Below are positions 8,249-16,783 of a stretch of DNA of 34,643 bases, one piece after another; positions within the stretch are counted from its first letter, which is position 1, and each line of letters starts with the position of its first letter. The notes under the pieces were generated by a model, which was not told the DNA's origin, made no database searches, and saw only the letters and a list, made by a program, of their open reading frames with translations. A program made the translations under genes and the position numbers. Origin of the DNA: Chloroflexota bacterium (lineage in GTDB: Bacteria; Chloroflexota; Dehalococcoidia; DSTF01; JACRBR01); contig JANXYW010000396.1 of the NCBI GenBank assembly GCA_025355835.1, forward strand, positions 1 to 34,643, in the 5' to 3' direction.

Positions 8249-9298
8249 CTACGCCTTTACAAGCGCATCGAGCACCGCGACCAGTTCCTCGCCCGTGAAG
8301 ATCGCTTCGATCTTGGCGAGAATCTTTCCCGTCTTGTCCATGAAGAACGTGTACGGCTCCGTCGGCAGATTCCACTCGTCCGCGGCCGGGCGATGCTTTT
8401 GCAATTGGAAGTCTTGCCACACCTCGATGTGCACGAAGTCGACGCGATCCTGGTACGCCGGCGCCTTGTCCAACAGCACCTCCAGCACCGGTCCGCAGAA
8501 GCGGCTCGTGCAGAACGCCGGCGTGCTGAACATGACCACCAGCGGTCGCCCCTTTCCCAACACGTCGCCGATCACCTTGTCGTGCAGCGGGCACGCCGGC
8601 GTGCGGGAGCACAGGCTTTCGGTATTCGAGTTCGTGGCGAACGTGTCGTTCTTGCTGGCCGGCGGCACCGTTCCTGTGCCCGGACTGAGCGGCTTCGGCA
8701 GCACGTTAAACGGCGCCTGGATCGTCGCCGACGGGCTGCCGTCCGCGAGACGCGCACTGACCTCAACGCCCCACTTCCCCGCGTTCGAGAACTGCGTATC
8801 AGCCACGTAGAACGACACGCTCTCGTCCGCGGCAGTGCTCTGAGCACTGCCGTCGTGGGCGTGCGCGCCCGCAATCTTCAGTTCGCGAAACGACGCGTCA
8901 CCCTCGCCTTTCAGCACGCCTGTCGATGCGTCCGCGCCGCCAATCGAGAAGAACCGCAGATGCACGGCAGCGCCGTTGACGAACTTCCCGCCCTTGTCGA
9001 GCAGTCCCACGGAAAACCGGCTGTCCTCCCGCGTCACAAACTCCTGCGTCAGCAGATACGGAGTGATGCCCGAAGGGTTCGCCGTAGCGTCCGGCGTCGC
9101 AGCGCCAGCTGTCGGCGAAGCCCCGGCATCAGCAGTCGATGACGCGCCAGCTGTCGGCGTCTTCGAACTCCCGCCGCCCGAACCACATCCAGCCGCAAGC
9201 AACGCCCCGCCAGCCGAGACCGCGAGCGTCCCGCGCAAAAACCCGCGCCGGTCAACCGGCCGCAACGGTACCCGCAGAGAGTCGATGTCATCTGTCAT
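8249..9298 (-). CDS. Tat-exported lipoprotein with a C-terminal thioredoxin-fold (redoxin-like) domain
   Basis: It has a twin-arginine motif DRRGFLRG and a lipobox LLAAGC. The C-terminal region GRPLVVMFSTPAFCTSRFCGPV looks like a thioredoxin fold but carries CxxxxC instead of CxxC. Confidence 0.6.
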   Translation of the reverse strand: MTDDIDSLRVPLRPVDRRGFLRGTLAVSAGGALLAAGCGSGGGSSKTPTAGASSTADAGASPTAGAATPDATANPSGITPYLLTQEFVTREDSRFSVGLLDKGGKFVNGAAVHLRFFSIGGADASTGVLKGEGDASFRELKIAGAHAHDGSAQSTAADESVSFYVADTQFSNAGKWGVEVSARLADGSPSATIQAPFNVLPKPLSPGTGTVPPASKNDTFATNSNTESLCSRTPACPLHDKVIGDVLGKGRPLVVMFSTPAFCTSRFCGPVLEVLLDKAPAYQDRVDFVHIEVWQDFQLQKHRPAADEWNLPTEPYTFFMDKTGKILAKIEAIFTGEELVAVLDALVKA

Positions 9299-9347
9299 AT
9301 TCGCTCGTTCACCCTAAGCCACGATCCGTCCTCACGCAAACGATGCT

Positions 9348-9965
9348 TCACTCGCCACACTCCTCCGCCCGCACCCCTTCGATCCCTTCCTTGACGATCC
9401 ACGGCACCATCGCCAGCGCCGCGGCGATGTCGGCCCACCACCACCCGAACGCCGCGTTCGCGGCGAGGCCGATGAACAGCGCGAGAGAGAGGTAGGAGCA
9501 GATGAGTGTCTCGGTGGATTCCGCTACGAGCGCCCGGGAGCCGAGACGTATCGCGTTGCGCCGCTTGACCAGGGAGATCACCGGCATCACAGCAAGCGAA
9601 GCGAGCGCAAGGCCGAGCCCAACCGATGAGGACTCCGGTTTGTCGCCTGTCGTCAGCACGTACGCCGTCTGCATCAGGATGTAGAGCGCGAGCATCATGA
9701 ACGTCGCGCCAACGACCTGGTGCGCGGCGCGTTCTCGCCGCTCCGCTCGCCCGTCCTCATCGGGCAGTCGCAGCCGCCAGAGCAATACGAACGCCGCCGT
9801 CACTTCGATGAAGCTGTCGAGCCCAAAGCCGACGAGCGCGACGCTCCCGGCGATGAAGCCCGACGAAACGGCGATCACGCCCTCGCCAACGTTCCATGCC
9901 ACGGTCAACCAGAGGAGATCGTTCGCCAGCGAAAGCGATCCACGTTTGCCCACGCTCGTCGTCAT
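9348..9965 (-). CDS. Small cation-transporter family membrane protein (CDF-like, transmembrane domain only)
   Basis: 205 aa ORF with about 5-6 hydrophobic helices. The N-terminus WNVGEGVIAVSSGFIAGSVALVGFGLDSFIEV resembles cation efflux transmembrane domains. It overlaps the czcD stop by ATGA. Confidence 0.6.
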   Translation of the reverse strand: MTTSVGKRGSLSLANDLLWLTVAWNVGEGVIAVSSGFIAGSVALVGFGLDSFIEVTAAFVLLWRLRLPDEDGRAERRERAAHQVVGATFMMLALYILMQTAYVLTTGDKPESSSVGLGLALASLAVMPVISLVKRRNAIRLGSRALVAESTETLICSYLSLALFIGLAANAAFGWWWADIAAALAMVPWIVKEGIEGVRAEECGE

Positions 9966-10912
9966 GTCCGAACGCCGCTGAGCGGTGAAGCGCCATCCGC
10001 ATAGCAGGCAGTCTGTCCGGGGAAACAGGGCTGGTCCAGCCCGGCCGCCAGCCGCTCATTCTCTATCTGGATCGTCACGTGTTCGATGTCGAAGTCCTTC
10101 ATCAAACGCGAACGCAGCGCGACGAGGGCGGCGTCACGATCCGTACCCTCACCGACCTGCACGTGGCCGCTGAGCGCCACAAAGCCGCTCGTCACCGTCC
10201 AGACGTGCAGGTCGTGCACCGACTGCACATCCGGCACGCAAAGGATGGCGCGTTGGACGTCTGCGATCTCGATGTGGGCGGGCGTGCCTTCGAACAACAC
10301 GTCGAGTGCGCCCTTGAGCAGGTTCCATGTGCGCGGCAGGATGAACAGACCCACCGCTGCGGCAAACAGCGGATCGGCGTACTTCCAACCGGTCGTCAGC
10401 AGGATGACGCCAGCGATGATCGCGCCGACCGAGCCGAGGATATCACTCACCACTTCGAGGAACGCGCCCCGCACATTGATGCTCTCACCCGAGCCGCTCA
10501 TCAGCAGCCGCGCGCTGATCAGGTTCACACCGAGGCCGATCGAGGCGACGACAAGCAGCGGCAGGCTCGATACCGTCGGGGGCTCGCGCAGGCGCTGGTA
10601 TGTTTCGAAGAAGATGTACCCGGAGACGCCGAAGAGCAGCACCGCGTTGACCAGTGCCGCGAGGATCTCGGCACGGTAGTAGCCGAACGTCTTGCGCCCG
10701 GTAGCGGGCCGCTGCGCGAGCCAGATCGCCACCAGCGCGAGGCTCAGCCCGGCGACATCCGTCAGCATGTGACCCGCGTCCGCCACCAGCACGAGGCTGC
10801 CCGTGATGAACCCGGTGATCGCTTCGACGAACATGTACGACGCCGTCAAGGCGAGCGCGACGAACAACCGGCCGCGGTGCGTTGACGCGCTGCTCCCGTG
10901 GCTATGCGACAT
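9962..10912 (-). CDS. czcD: Cation diffusion facilitator Zn/Co/Cd efflux transporter
   Basis: 316 aa ORF with a His-rich N-terminus (HSHGSS), the CDF signature in TM2 (SLVLVADAGHMLTDV) and a C-terminal cytoplasmic domain (HDLHVWTVTSG). Confidence 0.9.
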   Translation of the reverse strand: MSHSHGSSASTHRGRLFVALALTASYMFVEAITGFITGSLVLVADAGHMLTDVAGLSLALVAIWLAQRPATGRKTFGYYRAEILAALVNAVLLFGVSGYIFFETYQRLREPPTVSSLPLLVVASIGLGVNLISARLLMSGSGESINVRGAFLEVVSDILGSVGAIIAGVILLTTGWKYADPLFAAAVGLFILPRTWNLLKGALDVLFEGTPAHIEIADVQRAILCVPDVQSVHDLHVWTVTSGFVALSGHVQVGEGTDRDAALVALRSRLMKDFDIEHVTIQIENERLAAGLDQPCFPGQTACYADGASPLSGVRT

Positions 10913-11282
10913 CTACGCCCTCTTGCACGTGACGAAGGGTGTCCTGAAAGACGTGGCGGACGTGCGTGTCGCTGAGGCTGTAGTACACCATGCGCCCGCG
11001 CCGCTCGGCGGTCACCAGTTTCCTCAGCCGCAGTTCGCGCATCTGGTGCGAGACGGCGGACTCAGTGACGCCGAGGATGGAAGCGAGGTCGCAATTGCAG
11101 AGCGAGGCCATCGAGAGGGCGTGCAAGATCAAAACGCGCGTCGGATCAGCGAGCACGCGGAACAGATCGGCGACGCCGGTCGCCGTCTCTCGTTCGACGA
11201 GGTTGCAGCGGACCGATTCGACGAGGTCGGCGTCGACGTAGCGAACCTGGCAGACATCGGGCTCGGTAACTGCGTGGCTCAT
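10902..11282 (-). CDS. ArsR/SmtB-family metal-sensing transcriptional repressor
   Basis: It has LADPTRVLILHAL..LCNCDLASILGVTESAVSHQMRELR, a wHTH with a CXC-type metal site. The start is set at the ATG at 11282, based on the promoter geometry. Alternative starts are ATG 11291 and TTG 11312. Confidence 0.85.
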   Translation of the reverse strand: MSHAVTEPDVCQVRYVDADLVESVRCNLVERETATGVADLFRVLADPTRVLILHALSMASLCNCDLASILGVTESAVSHQMRELRLRKLVTAERRGRMVYYSLSDTHVRHVFQDTLRHVQEGVDVA

Positions 11283-11289
11283 CTCGCCC

Positions 11290-11319
11290 ATGATAGTTGA
11301 ATACTTGCTCAACTGTCAA
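11290..11319 (-). promoter_or_regulatory. Promoter with an embedded ArsR/SmtB-type operator for the arsR-czcD operon
   Basis: The minus strand reads TTGACA (11319-11314), an 18-nt spacer, then TATCAT (11295-11290), then 7 nt to the ATG at 11282. The spacer contains TGAGCAAGTATTCA (11311-11298), an imperfect 6-2-6 inverted repeat resembling the SmtB/CzrA operator core TGAACA-NN-TATTCA. Confidence 0.55.
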
Positions 11320-14125
11320 TGGGTGCGCTCTCGATCAGCGCCCGCAGATCCTGCTTCGACGCGAGAATATCCGCCCACAAATCGCCCACCTTCGCCAGCC
11401 GCTCCGGCTCCGTATCGATGTCGAAGTCCGTCGGATACACCCGCGCCAGCTCTTCCCACGTGATCGGCGCCGATACCGCCGCCTGCGCCGATGGCCGCAG
11501 CGAGTATTCCGCCGCCAGCGTCTTCCCCCGCGTGTTCTGGTTGTGGTCGAAGAAGATCATGCCCGTGCGCTTCACGGTCTGCCACTCCATCGTCAGATCG
11601 GCGGGGTGCTGCTGCACCAGGAACTGCCCCACAACGGCGCTCGCCGCGCGGATCTCGTCGTACGTGTACTGCCGCAACACGGGCACGTAGATGTGCAGCC
11701 CCGTCTTCCCCGTCGTCTTCACGAACGAAGACAGCCGCAGCTGCTCCAGCAACGCCTTCAACGAGAACGCCATCTCGCGCGTCTTCTCGAACGCCCGTCG
11801 ATTCAACGCCGGCTCCTCGCCCTTCTTCTCCGTCCCGGCATAGATGTACGGGTCCAGATCGAACACCATGAAGTCCGGATAGTTCAGCACGCTCCGATCC
11901 ATCGTCTCCTGCGATCCCGCGAACTCCGTCGGCAGTCCACGCGCGTCCGGCTCCGGATCAACGCTCGCCATCCACGCATGGATCTCCAGATCGGCCAGCT
12001 GCGCCAGCCAGATCAGCGTCTGCAGATTGTTGACGAGGATGTAGTCGCCATCCGCATCGTTGTGCGCCGAATAGATCGACGCGCGCGCGACGTGGAACTC
12101 CTTCGGGAACGCCGACGGCCAGTGCTTCTGGTAGAACGAAGAGCCCTCGATGCCGTTCGGATAGCGCGTCAGCGTCAACGGCCGATCCGTCAGATGCGGC
12201 AGCAGGTACGGCGCAACGCGTGCGTAGTACCGAATAAGTTCGCGCTTCGTCCGAGCCGCGTGCTCGCTGGTCGCTGGCCAGAAGACCTTGTCCAGATTCG
12301 TCAGCTTGATCGGCACGCCATCCACATCGAGCGTGAAGTCCGCTTTCGCCGTCGACGCCAGCTGATCGACAACCGACGCCACCGCTCGCTCGACCGACGA
12401 CACCGGCGTCGCGGCATCGTCCTCCGCGACATCCACCGCCTGCGCGGTCACATCCTCGCGCCGCACGCTCCGCGGGTCGATGTCGGCGCGCAGCCCCTGG
12501 AACACCGGCGCGCGCAGACCGCCATCACGCGTCCATTCGCTGAACCGCACCTGTGCTGCCAGCTCCGGCTTCACCCAGACGCATCGCGCAGCTTTACCGC
12601 CGCCCCATCGCCCGCCGATCGTCGTCGGCGGATTGATGAACGGCGACACGTCCGTCTCAATCTTCACGAGCTGTTTCTTGATCGCCGTAAGATCCGCATC
12701 GGTCAACCCGGATCCGACGCTCGACGCAAACCGCAGATCGTCGCCGTCGTAGTAGCCGATCAGCAGCCCGCCAAACGTCTTCGCGCGCGAACCCTCGCCT
12801 TCGGTGTAGCCGCCGACAACGAATTCCTGCTCCATCACGTTCTTGATCTTCAGCCACGCGCCCGTCCGCGCCCCGGGTTCGTAGATGCTCGTCGCGCGCT
12901 TCCCCACGACGCCCTCGAACCCGAGCGCCGCCGCTCCTTCGTACAGCGTCTCCCCGTCCTCGCGCTCGTGTTCGACGAACTTGATGTGCGCACCCGGCTC
13001 CAGCGTCCGCCGCAGCAGTTCCTTGCGTTCGGAAAGCGGCACCCGCATGAGATCGTAGCCGTCGAGGTACAACAGATCGAAGACGTAGTAGTACACCGGC
13101 GTCTCCGCCGCGACGCGCTCCACCTCCGCCGGCTTCGAGAGATTGATCCGCGGCTGGATGTCCTGAAAGCTCGGCACGCCGTCCGCGTTCATCGCGACAA
13201 TCTCGCCATCGAACACCGCCGTGCGCACGGCCTGCACCCCGACCGCCGCGACAACCTCCGGATACTGCACCGTCGTCGCGTTTCCGCGTCGGCTCCGCAG
13301 ATCGATCTTGGTCTCGCCCGTTTCGTTGTGCGAAACGAACGCCAGCGCCCGCACGCCGTCGAGCTTCGCTTCGAAAATCCACCCCGCGCGCGAGAACGGC
13401 CGCGCGACCTGCGCCGCCAGCATCGGCCGCAGCGACTTCGCGTCCGGGAACGGCGCCTCGCGCGCGTCCGGATGCGGCGCGCCGCCCGCTTGCGACATCC
13501 GCGGCATGCGCCCTTCCTTGAGGTCGCGAATCGTGACGCCGCTGAGTATCGAGCGATCTTCCTCGAGGACGTCGCGCGTCGAAGCGAAGTCATCCTTGTG
13601 CTTGATCAGCAGCCAGTCCTTCGGGTCGCGCGCCGTGCGCACCAGCGTCCACGACCCACGCAGCTTCTTGCCGCGCAGCGTGAACGACAGCTTGCCCGCC
13701 GCCAACTCTTCCCGCATCCGCGCGCTGCCCTCGGCCGGATCGCCCCACGACAACACCCCGCCCTCGTCGGGCGAGTACGTCCCGGCGTCCCACACGATCA
13801 CCTGTCCCGCGCCGTAGTTGCCCTTCGGGATCACGCCCTCGAACCCACCGTAGTCGTACGGATGATCCTCGACGTGCGCGGCCATGCGTTTGTCTTTGGG
13901 ATCGAGCGACGGGCCGTGCGGCACCGCCCACGAAACCAACACGCCGTCGATCTCCAACCGAAAGTCCCAGTGCATGCGCGTCGCCGCGTGCTGTTGCACG
14001 ACGAACGTCAGGTCGGGGTGAGCGGCGTCCGGCGCACCGGCGGCCGGCTCCGGCGTCTTCGCGAAGTCGCGCTTCTGGCGATACCGCAGCAGCGCATCAA
14101 GGTCAGGCGCGGGTTTTTCCGGCAT
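11309..14125 (-). CDS. ligD: ATP-dependent DNA ligase LigD with three domains (phosphoesterase, ligase, polymerase/primase)
   Basis: 938 aa ORF. The phosphoesterase domain has FVVQQHAATRMHWDFRLE. The ligase adenylation motif is EAKLDGVRA. The Pol domain has YPNGIEGSSFYQKHW, VFDLDP and TTGKTGLHIYVPV. Confidence 0.92.
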   Translation of the reverse strand: MPEKPAPDLDALLRYRQKRDFAKTPEPAAGAPDAAHPDLTFVVQQHAATRMHWDFRLEIDGVLVSWAVPHGPSLDPKDKRMAAHVEDHPYDYGGFEGVIPKGNYGAGQVIVWDAGTYSPDEGGVLSWGDPAEGSARMREELAAGKLSFTLRGKKLRGSWTLVRTARDPKDWLLIKHKDDFASTRDVLEEDRSILSGVTIRDLKEGRMPRMSQAGGAPHPDAREAPFPDAKSLRPMLAAQVARPFSRAGWIFEAKLDGVRALAFVSHNETGETKIDLRSRRGNATTVQYPEVVAAVGVQAVRTAVFDGEIVAMNADGVPSFQDIQPRINLSKPAEVERVAAETPVYYYVFDLLYLDGYDLMRVPLSERKELLRRTLEPGAHIKFVEHEREDGETLYEGAAALGFEGVVGKRATSIYEPGARTGAWLKIKNVMEQEFVVGGYTEGEGSRAKTFGGLLIGYYDGDDLRFASSVGSGLTDADLTAIKKQLVKIETDVSPFINPPTTIGGRWGGGKAARCVWVKPELAAQVRFSEWTRDGGLRAPVFQGLRADIDPRSVRREDVTAQAVDVAEDDAATPVSSVERAVASVVDQLASTAKADFTLDVDGVPIKLTNLDKVFWPATSEHAARTKRELIRYYARVAPYLLPHLTDRPLTLTRYPNGIEGSSFYQKHWPSAFPKEFHVARASIYSAHNDADGDYILVNNLQTLIWLAQLADLEIHAWMASVDPEPDARGLPTEFAGSQETMDRSVLNYPDFMVFDLDPYIYAGTEKKGEEPALNRRAFEKTREMAFSLKALLEQLRLSSFVKTTGKTGLHIYVPVLRQYTYDEIRAASAVVGQFLVQQHPADLTMEWQTVKRTGMIFFDHNQNTRGKTLAAEYSLRPSAQAAVSAPITWEELARVYPTDFDIDTEPERLAKVGDLWADILASKQDLRALIESAPIDS

Positions 14126-14205
14126 GCTTCATTGTCCGCGACGCCCCAGATTCCGCCAAGTTCCGAAGCGTCACGATCGCCAGGCCGCAGCGTTCATGCC
14201 GCCAG

Positions 14206-14240
14206 CTAGCCACTATTCACTACAAACTAGCCACTAAGCT
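14206..14240. repeat. Five tandem heptamers of the form CTAnnnn (TAG on the minus strand)
   Basis: The units are ctagcca ctattca ctacaaa ctagcca ctaagct. The stop codon of the upstream gene (14239-14241) straddles the end of the last unit. CTA at 14206, 14213 and 14220 falls in all three frames. Confidence 0.7.
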
Positions 14241-16695
14241 AAGCTGCCCAGCGCTCGCGGAAGTCGGATTCGAAGCTCGCGTCTTCCGTCGCTTCTTCGA
14301 TGCGCGCGACGGTGCCGTCGGCGAACATCGCCAGAAACGCGTCCACCGCGACCGGACAGAGCTTGACAGCGCGCATCAGACTCAGCTCCGCCAGCGCCTT
14401 CTGCGCCGGCCATGCCGGCTTGTACGGGCGCGCGCTGATCAGCGCATCGTAGATGTCCGCCACCATCACAATCCGCGCGCCGAGCGGGATCGCCTCGCCC
14501 TGGAGGCCGAACGGATAGCCCGAACCGTCCCAGCGCTCGTGATGATGCAGCGCGACCTCGCGCGCGAGATCGTAGAACGCGCCGACGCCCAGGATGTCGG
14601 CTCCGTACTCCGGGTGCTTCTTCATGATCACCCAGTCGTCCGCGCTCAGTTCGCCCGGCTTGGTCAGCACGGCATCTGGAATCCGCAGCTTGCCGAGGTC
14701 GTGCACGATAGCGGCGTAGCCGATCGCTTCAACGCCGTCGCTATCGAGCCCAACGCGCCGCGCTATCTCCTCCGCCAGCGCGCCGATGCGCTGCAAGTGC
14801 CGCCCCGTGTACGGATCGCGCGACTCCGCCGCATACGCCAATCGCATGATCGCCTCGCGATGCGCGTCCTTCAGCTCGCCGTACGAACGCTCCAGCTCGA
14901 CGTGCAGCGTCGCGACTTGCAATGAGGGTGCGAGCTGCGCCGCTATCGTCCGCATCAGGGCGATATCATCGGAGTGGAAGCCGTGCTCCGTATAGCTCGC
15001 GAAGTAGAACAGGCCCTTCAGGTCGCCCTGCCACACGACAGGCAGCACCACGACCATCTTGATGCCGCCGGCAACGATCACGTCTCGGTACACGTCGCCG
15101 GACTCCGCGACCGGGTCGTACATGATGATGGGGTCCGAGATTTTCGCCAGAAACTCGACCACCGATGGCTCGCTGAGCGTTGGCCGCGTCGCCATCCACA
15201 TTTCACGGAAATCGTTACCGACGGGGGCACCTTCCTTGTCGAGTCCATCGAACGTACGAAGAATCGCGTCCGCGCCCGTCGGATCGGCCGTATCCAACGT
15301 CACGCTGTCGAACTTGGTAACTTCGACAATCTTGCTCACGGGGGCCGCTACGCGATCTTCGAACATCCCCTCGCCGAACAGCATGCCGCCGATCCCGGCG
15401 AGACCCGCGAGGCGCTGACCCTGCTCACGCGCTCGCGCATACGTGTCAGAGTTCCGCAGCGCGGCCGACGCGAGACGTGCGACGGCCTCGGCGACACCGG
15501 TAGCAGGCGCGGACGAACGAAGGTGGCTCGCGGTCAGAAGCAGCATGCCGGGATGCGGGCCAGGCAGCGGCACACTCATCATCCACACGCCCGAATCGAA
15601 CAGTTCGCGAAAAGGCTCAGGGAACGCCTCTGACGTGACGATGTCATCGATAAAGACCGGCCGGTCCGCGAGCATCCGCCGCTCGCGCAGTTCTTCCGTC
15701 AGCAGCGGTCGCATCTGCTGCAACTCGCCGAATCGCCGCGCAAGATTCGGATCCGCAACGAAGAACGAGCGTACTCGTATTTCGCCGTTGTCATGTGCGG
15801 ACCAGATCGTGCATGAGTCGAGGTTCAGCGACTTGCCGACGGCCGTCACGAGGTTCTTCACGACCTCTTGCGGATCCAGCGATTGTCCCGTCGCCTCGCC
15901 GATGGCGAAGAACACGTCCTGTGCGTGCCGCTCATCACGGCGCAGCCGGATCTCGCTGGTGTTTGCCTTCGCGTCATACAACGCCCGATCAGCGCGGGCG
16001 ATCAGCGATTCCGCGTCAGCGCCATCTTCCGGATAAACCGCGACGCCGTAGGACGCCGTAACGGTCGTATTTCGGTTCTCCGGCATCGCAGCCATCGACG
16101 CGTTCGCGATCGCTTCGGCCACACGTTCCGCGACCGAAGTGGCGCGCACGCGGTCCATATCTGGGAGCAAGATCGTGAACTCGTCGCCGCCATAGCGCGC
16201 AACAATTCCCTGGTCGCCGATCACCGCGCGCAAGCCGCTGCCAATAGCCGCGATCACCGCATCGCCGGCAAGGTGCCCGAAGCGATCGTTGACGTCCTTG
16301 AAGTCGTTCAGGTCCAGCATGATCACGGCACACGGCGCGGCGTGTAGCGCCGCTTCGCTCAGGCTGGTATGCATCGCTTGCCGCAAGAATCGGTAGTTGT
16401 GCAGGCCAGACAGCACATCGTAGTCCGCCAACTCCTGAAGGCGCGTACGGTGCTCGCGCTCCGCCGACGCAGCCCGCGCCATCAGGTACCAATCGACCGC
16501 CGTAGCGACCCCGATCATGGTCGATATCAAGGCAACTTCCGCAACGAAGTCTACGCGTTCGGGCGGCGACAGCAACGAAAGCACCCCCTCGCCGGCCAGC
16601 AACCACGCGAGAGCCAGCAACGGCCCCGCGAAGCGGCGCGCGCGATCCAGCAGCTTCGAAGCCTCGTGCGTGGGTGAGCTATGTGAACGGACCAT
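14239..16695 (-). CDS. Membrane-anchored GGDEF-GAF-GAF-HD-GYP protein (diguanylate cyclase plus c-di-GMP phosphodiesterase domains)
   Basis: I trimmed the start to the ATG at 16695 (MVRSHSS...). It has two N-terminal hydrophobic helices, a GGDEF motif (RYGGDEFTILL), two GAF-like regions, and an HD-GYP domain (HDLGK, HHERWDGSGYP). Confidence 0.85.
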   Translation of the reverse strand: MVRSHSSPTHEASKLLDRARRFAGPLLALAWLLAGEGVLSLLSPPERVDFVAEVALISTMIGVATAVDWYLMARAASAEREHRTRLQELADYDVLSGLHNYRFLRQAMHTSLSEAALHAAPCAVIMLDLNDFKDVNDRFGHLAGDAVIAAIGSGLRAVIGDQGIVARYGGDEFTILLPDMDRVRATSVAERVAEAIANASMAAMPENRNTTVTASYGVAVYPEDGADAESLIARADRALYDAKANTSEIRLRRDERHAQDVFFAIGEATGQSLDPQEVVKNLVTAVGKSLNLDSCTIWSAHDNGEIRVRSFFVADPNLARRFGELQQMRPLLTEELRERRMLADRPVFIDDIVTSEAFPEPFRELFDSGVWMMSVPLPGPHPGMLLLTASHLRSSAPATGVAEAVARLASAALRNSDTYARAREQGQRLAGLAGIGGMLFGEGMFEDRVAAPVSKIVEVTKFDSVTLDTADPTGADAILRTFDGLDKEGAPVGNDFREMWMATRPTLSEPSVVEFLAKISDPIIMYDPVAESGDVYRDVIVAGGIKMVVVLPVVWQGDLKGLFYFASYTEHGFHSDDIALMRTIAAQLAPSLQVATLHVELERSYGELKDAHREAIMRLAYAAESRDPYTGRHLQRIGALAEEIARRVGLDSDGVEAIGYAAIVHDLGKLRIPDAVLTKPGELSADDWVIMKKHPEYGADILGVGAFYDLAREVALHHHERWDGSGYPFGLQGEAIPLGARIVMVADIYDALISARPYKPAWPAQKALAELSLMRAVKLCPVAVDAFLAMFADGTVARIEEATEDASFESDFRERWAA

Positions 16696-16783
16696 GTGGT
16701 CGCTGCCCCTGACGGTTTTGTCGTACGTAATGTTCGACACTCCCGCTACACACACGCAAATGTGGCGACCGATCGCCTGCGAT

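Noticed and set aside
11297-14209. 970-aa plus-strand ORF antisense to ligD. Similar long antisense ORFs occur at 3596-5113, 1978-3039, 8018-9142, 19623-20771, 23878-25131, 25176-26111 and 29929-31680.
   Set aside because: Their translations are Arg/His/Pro/Leu-rich low-complexity strings with no motifs. Each lies exactly opposite a gene with unmistakable family signatures. They are typical shadow ORFs of GC-rich DNA.
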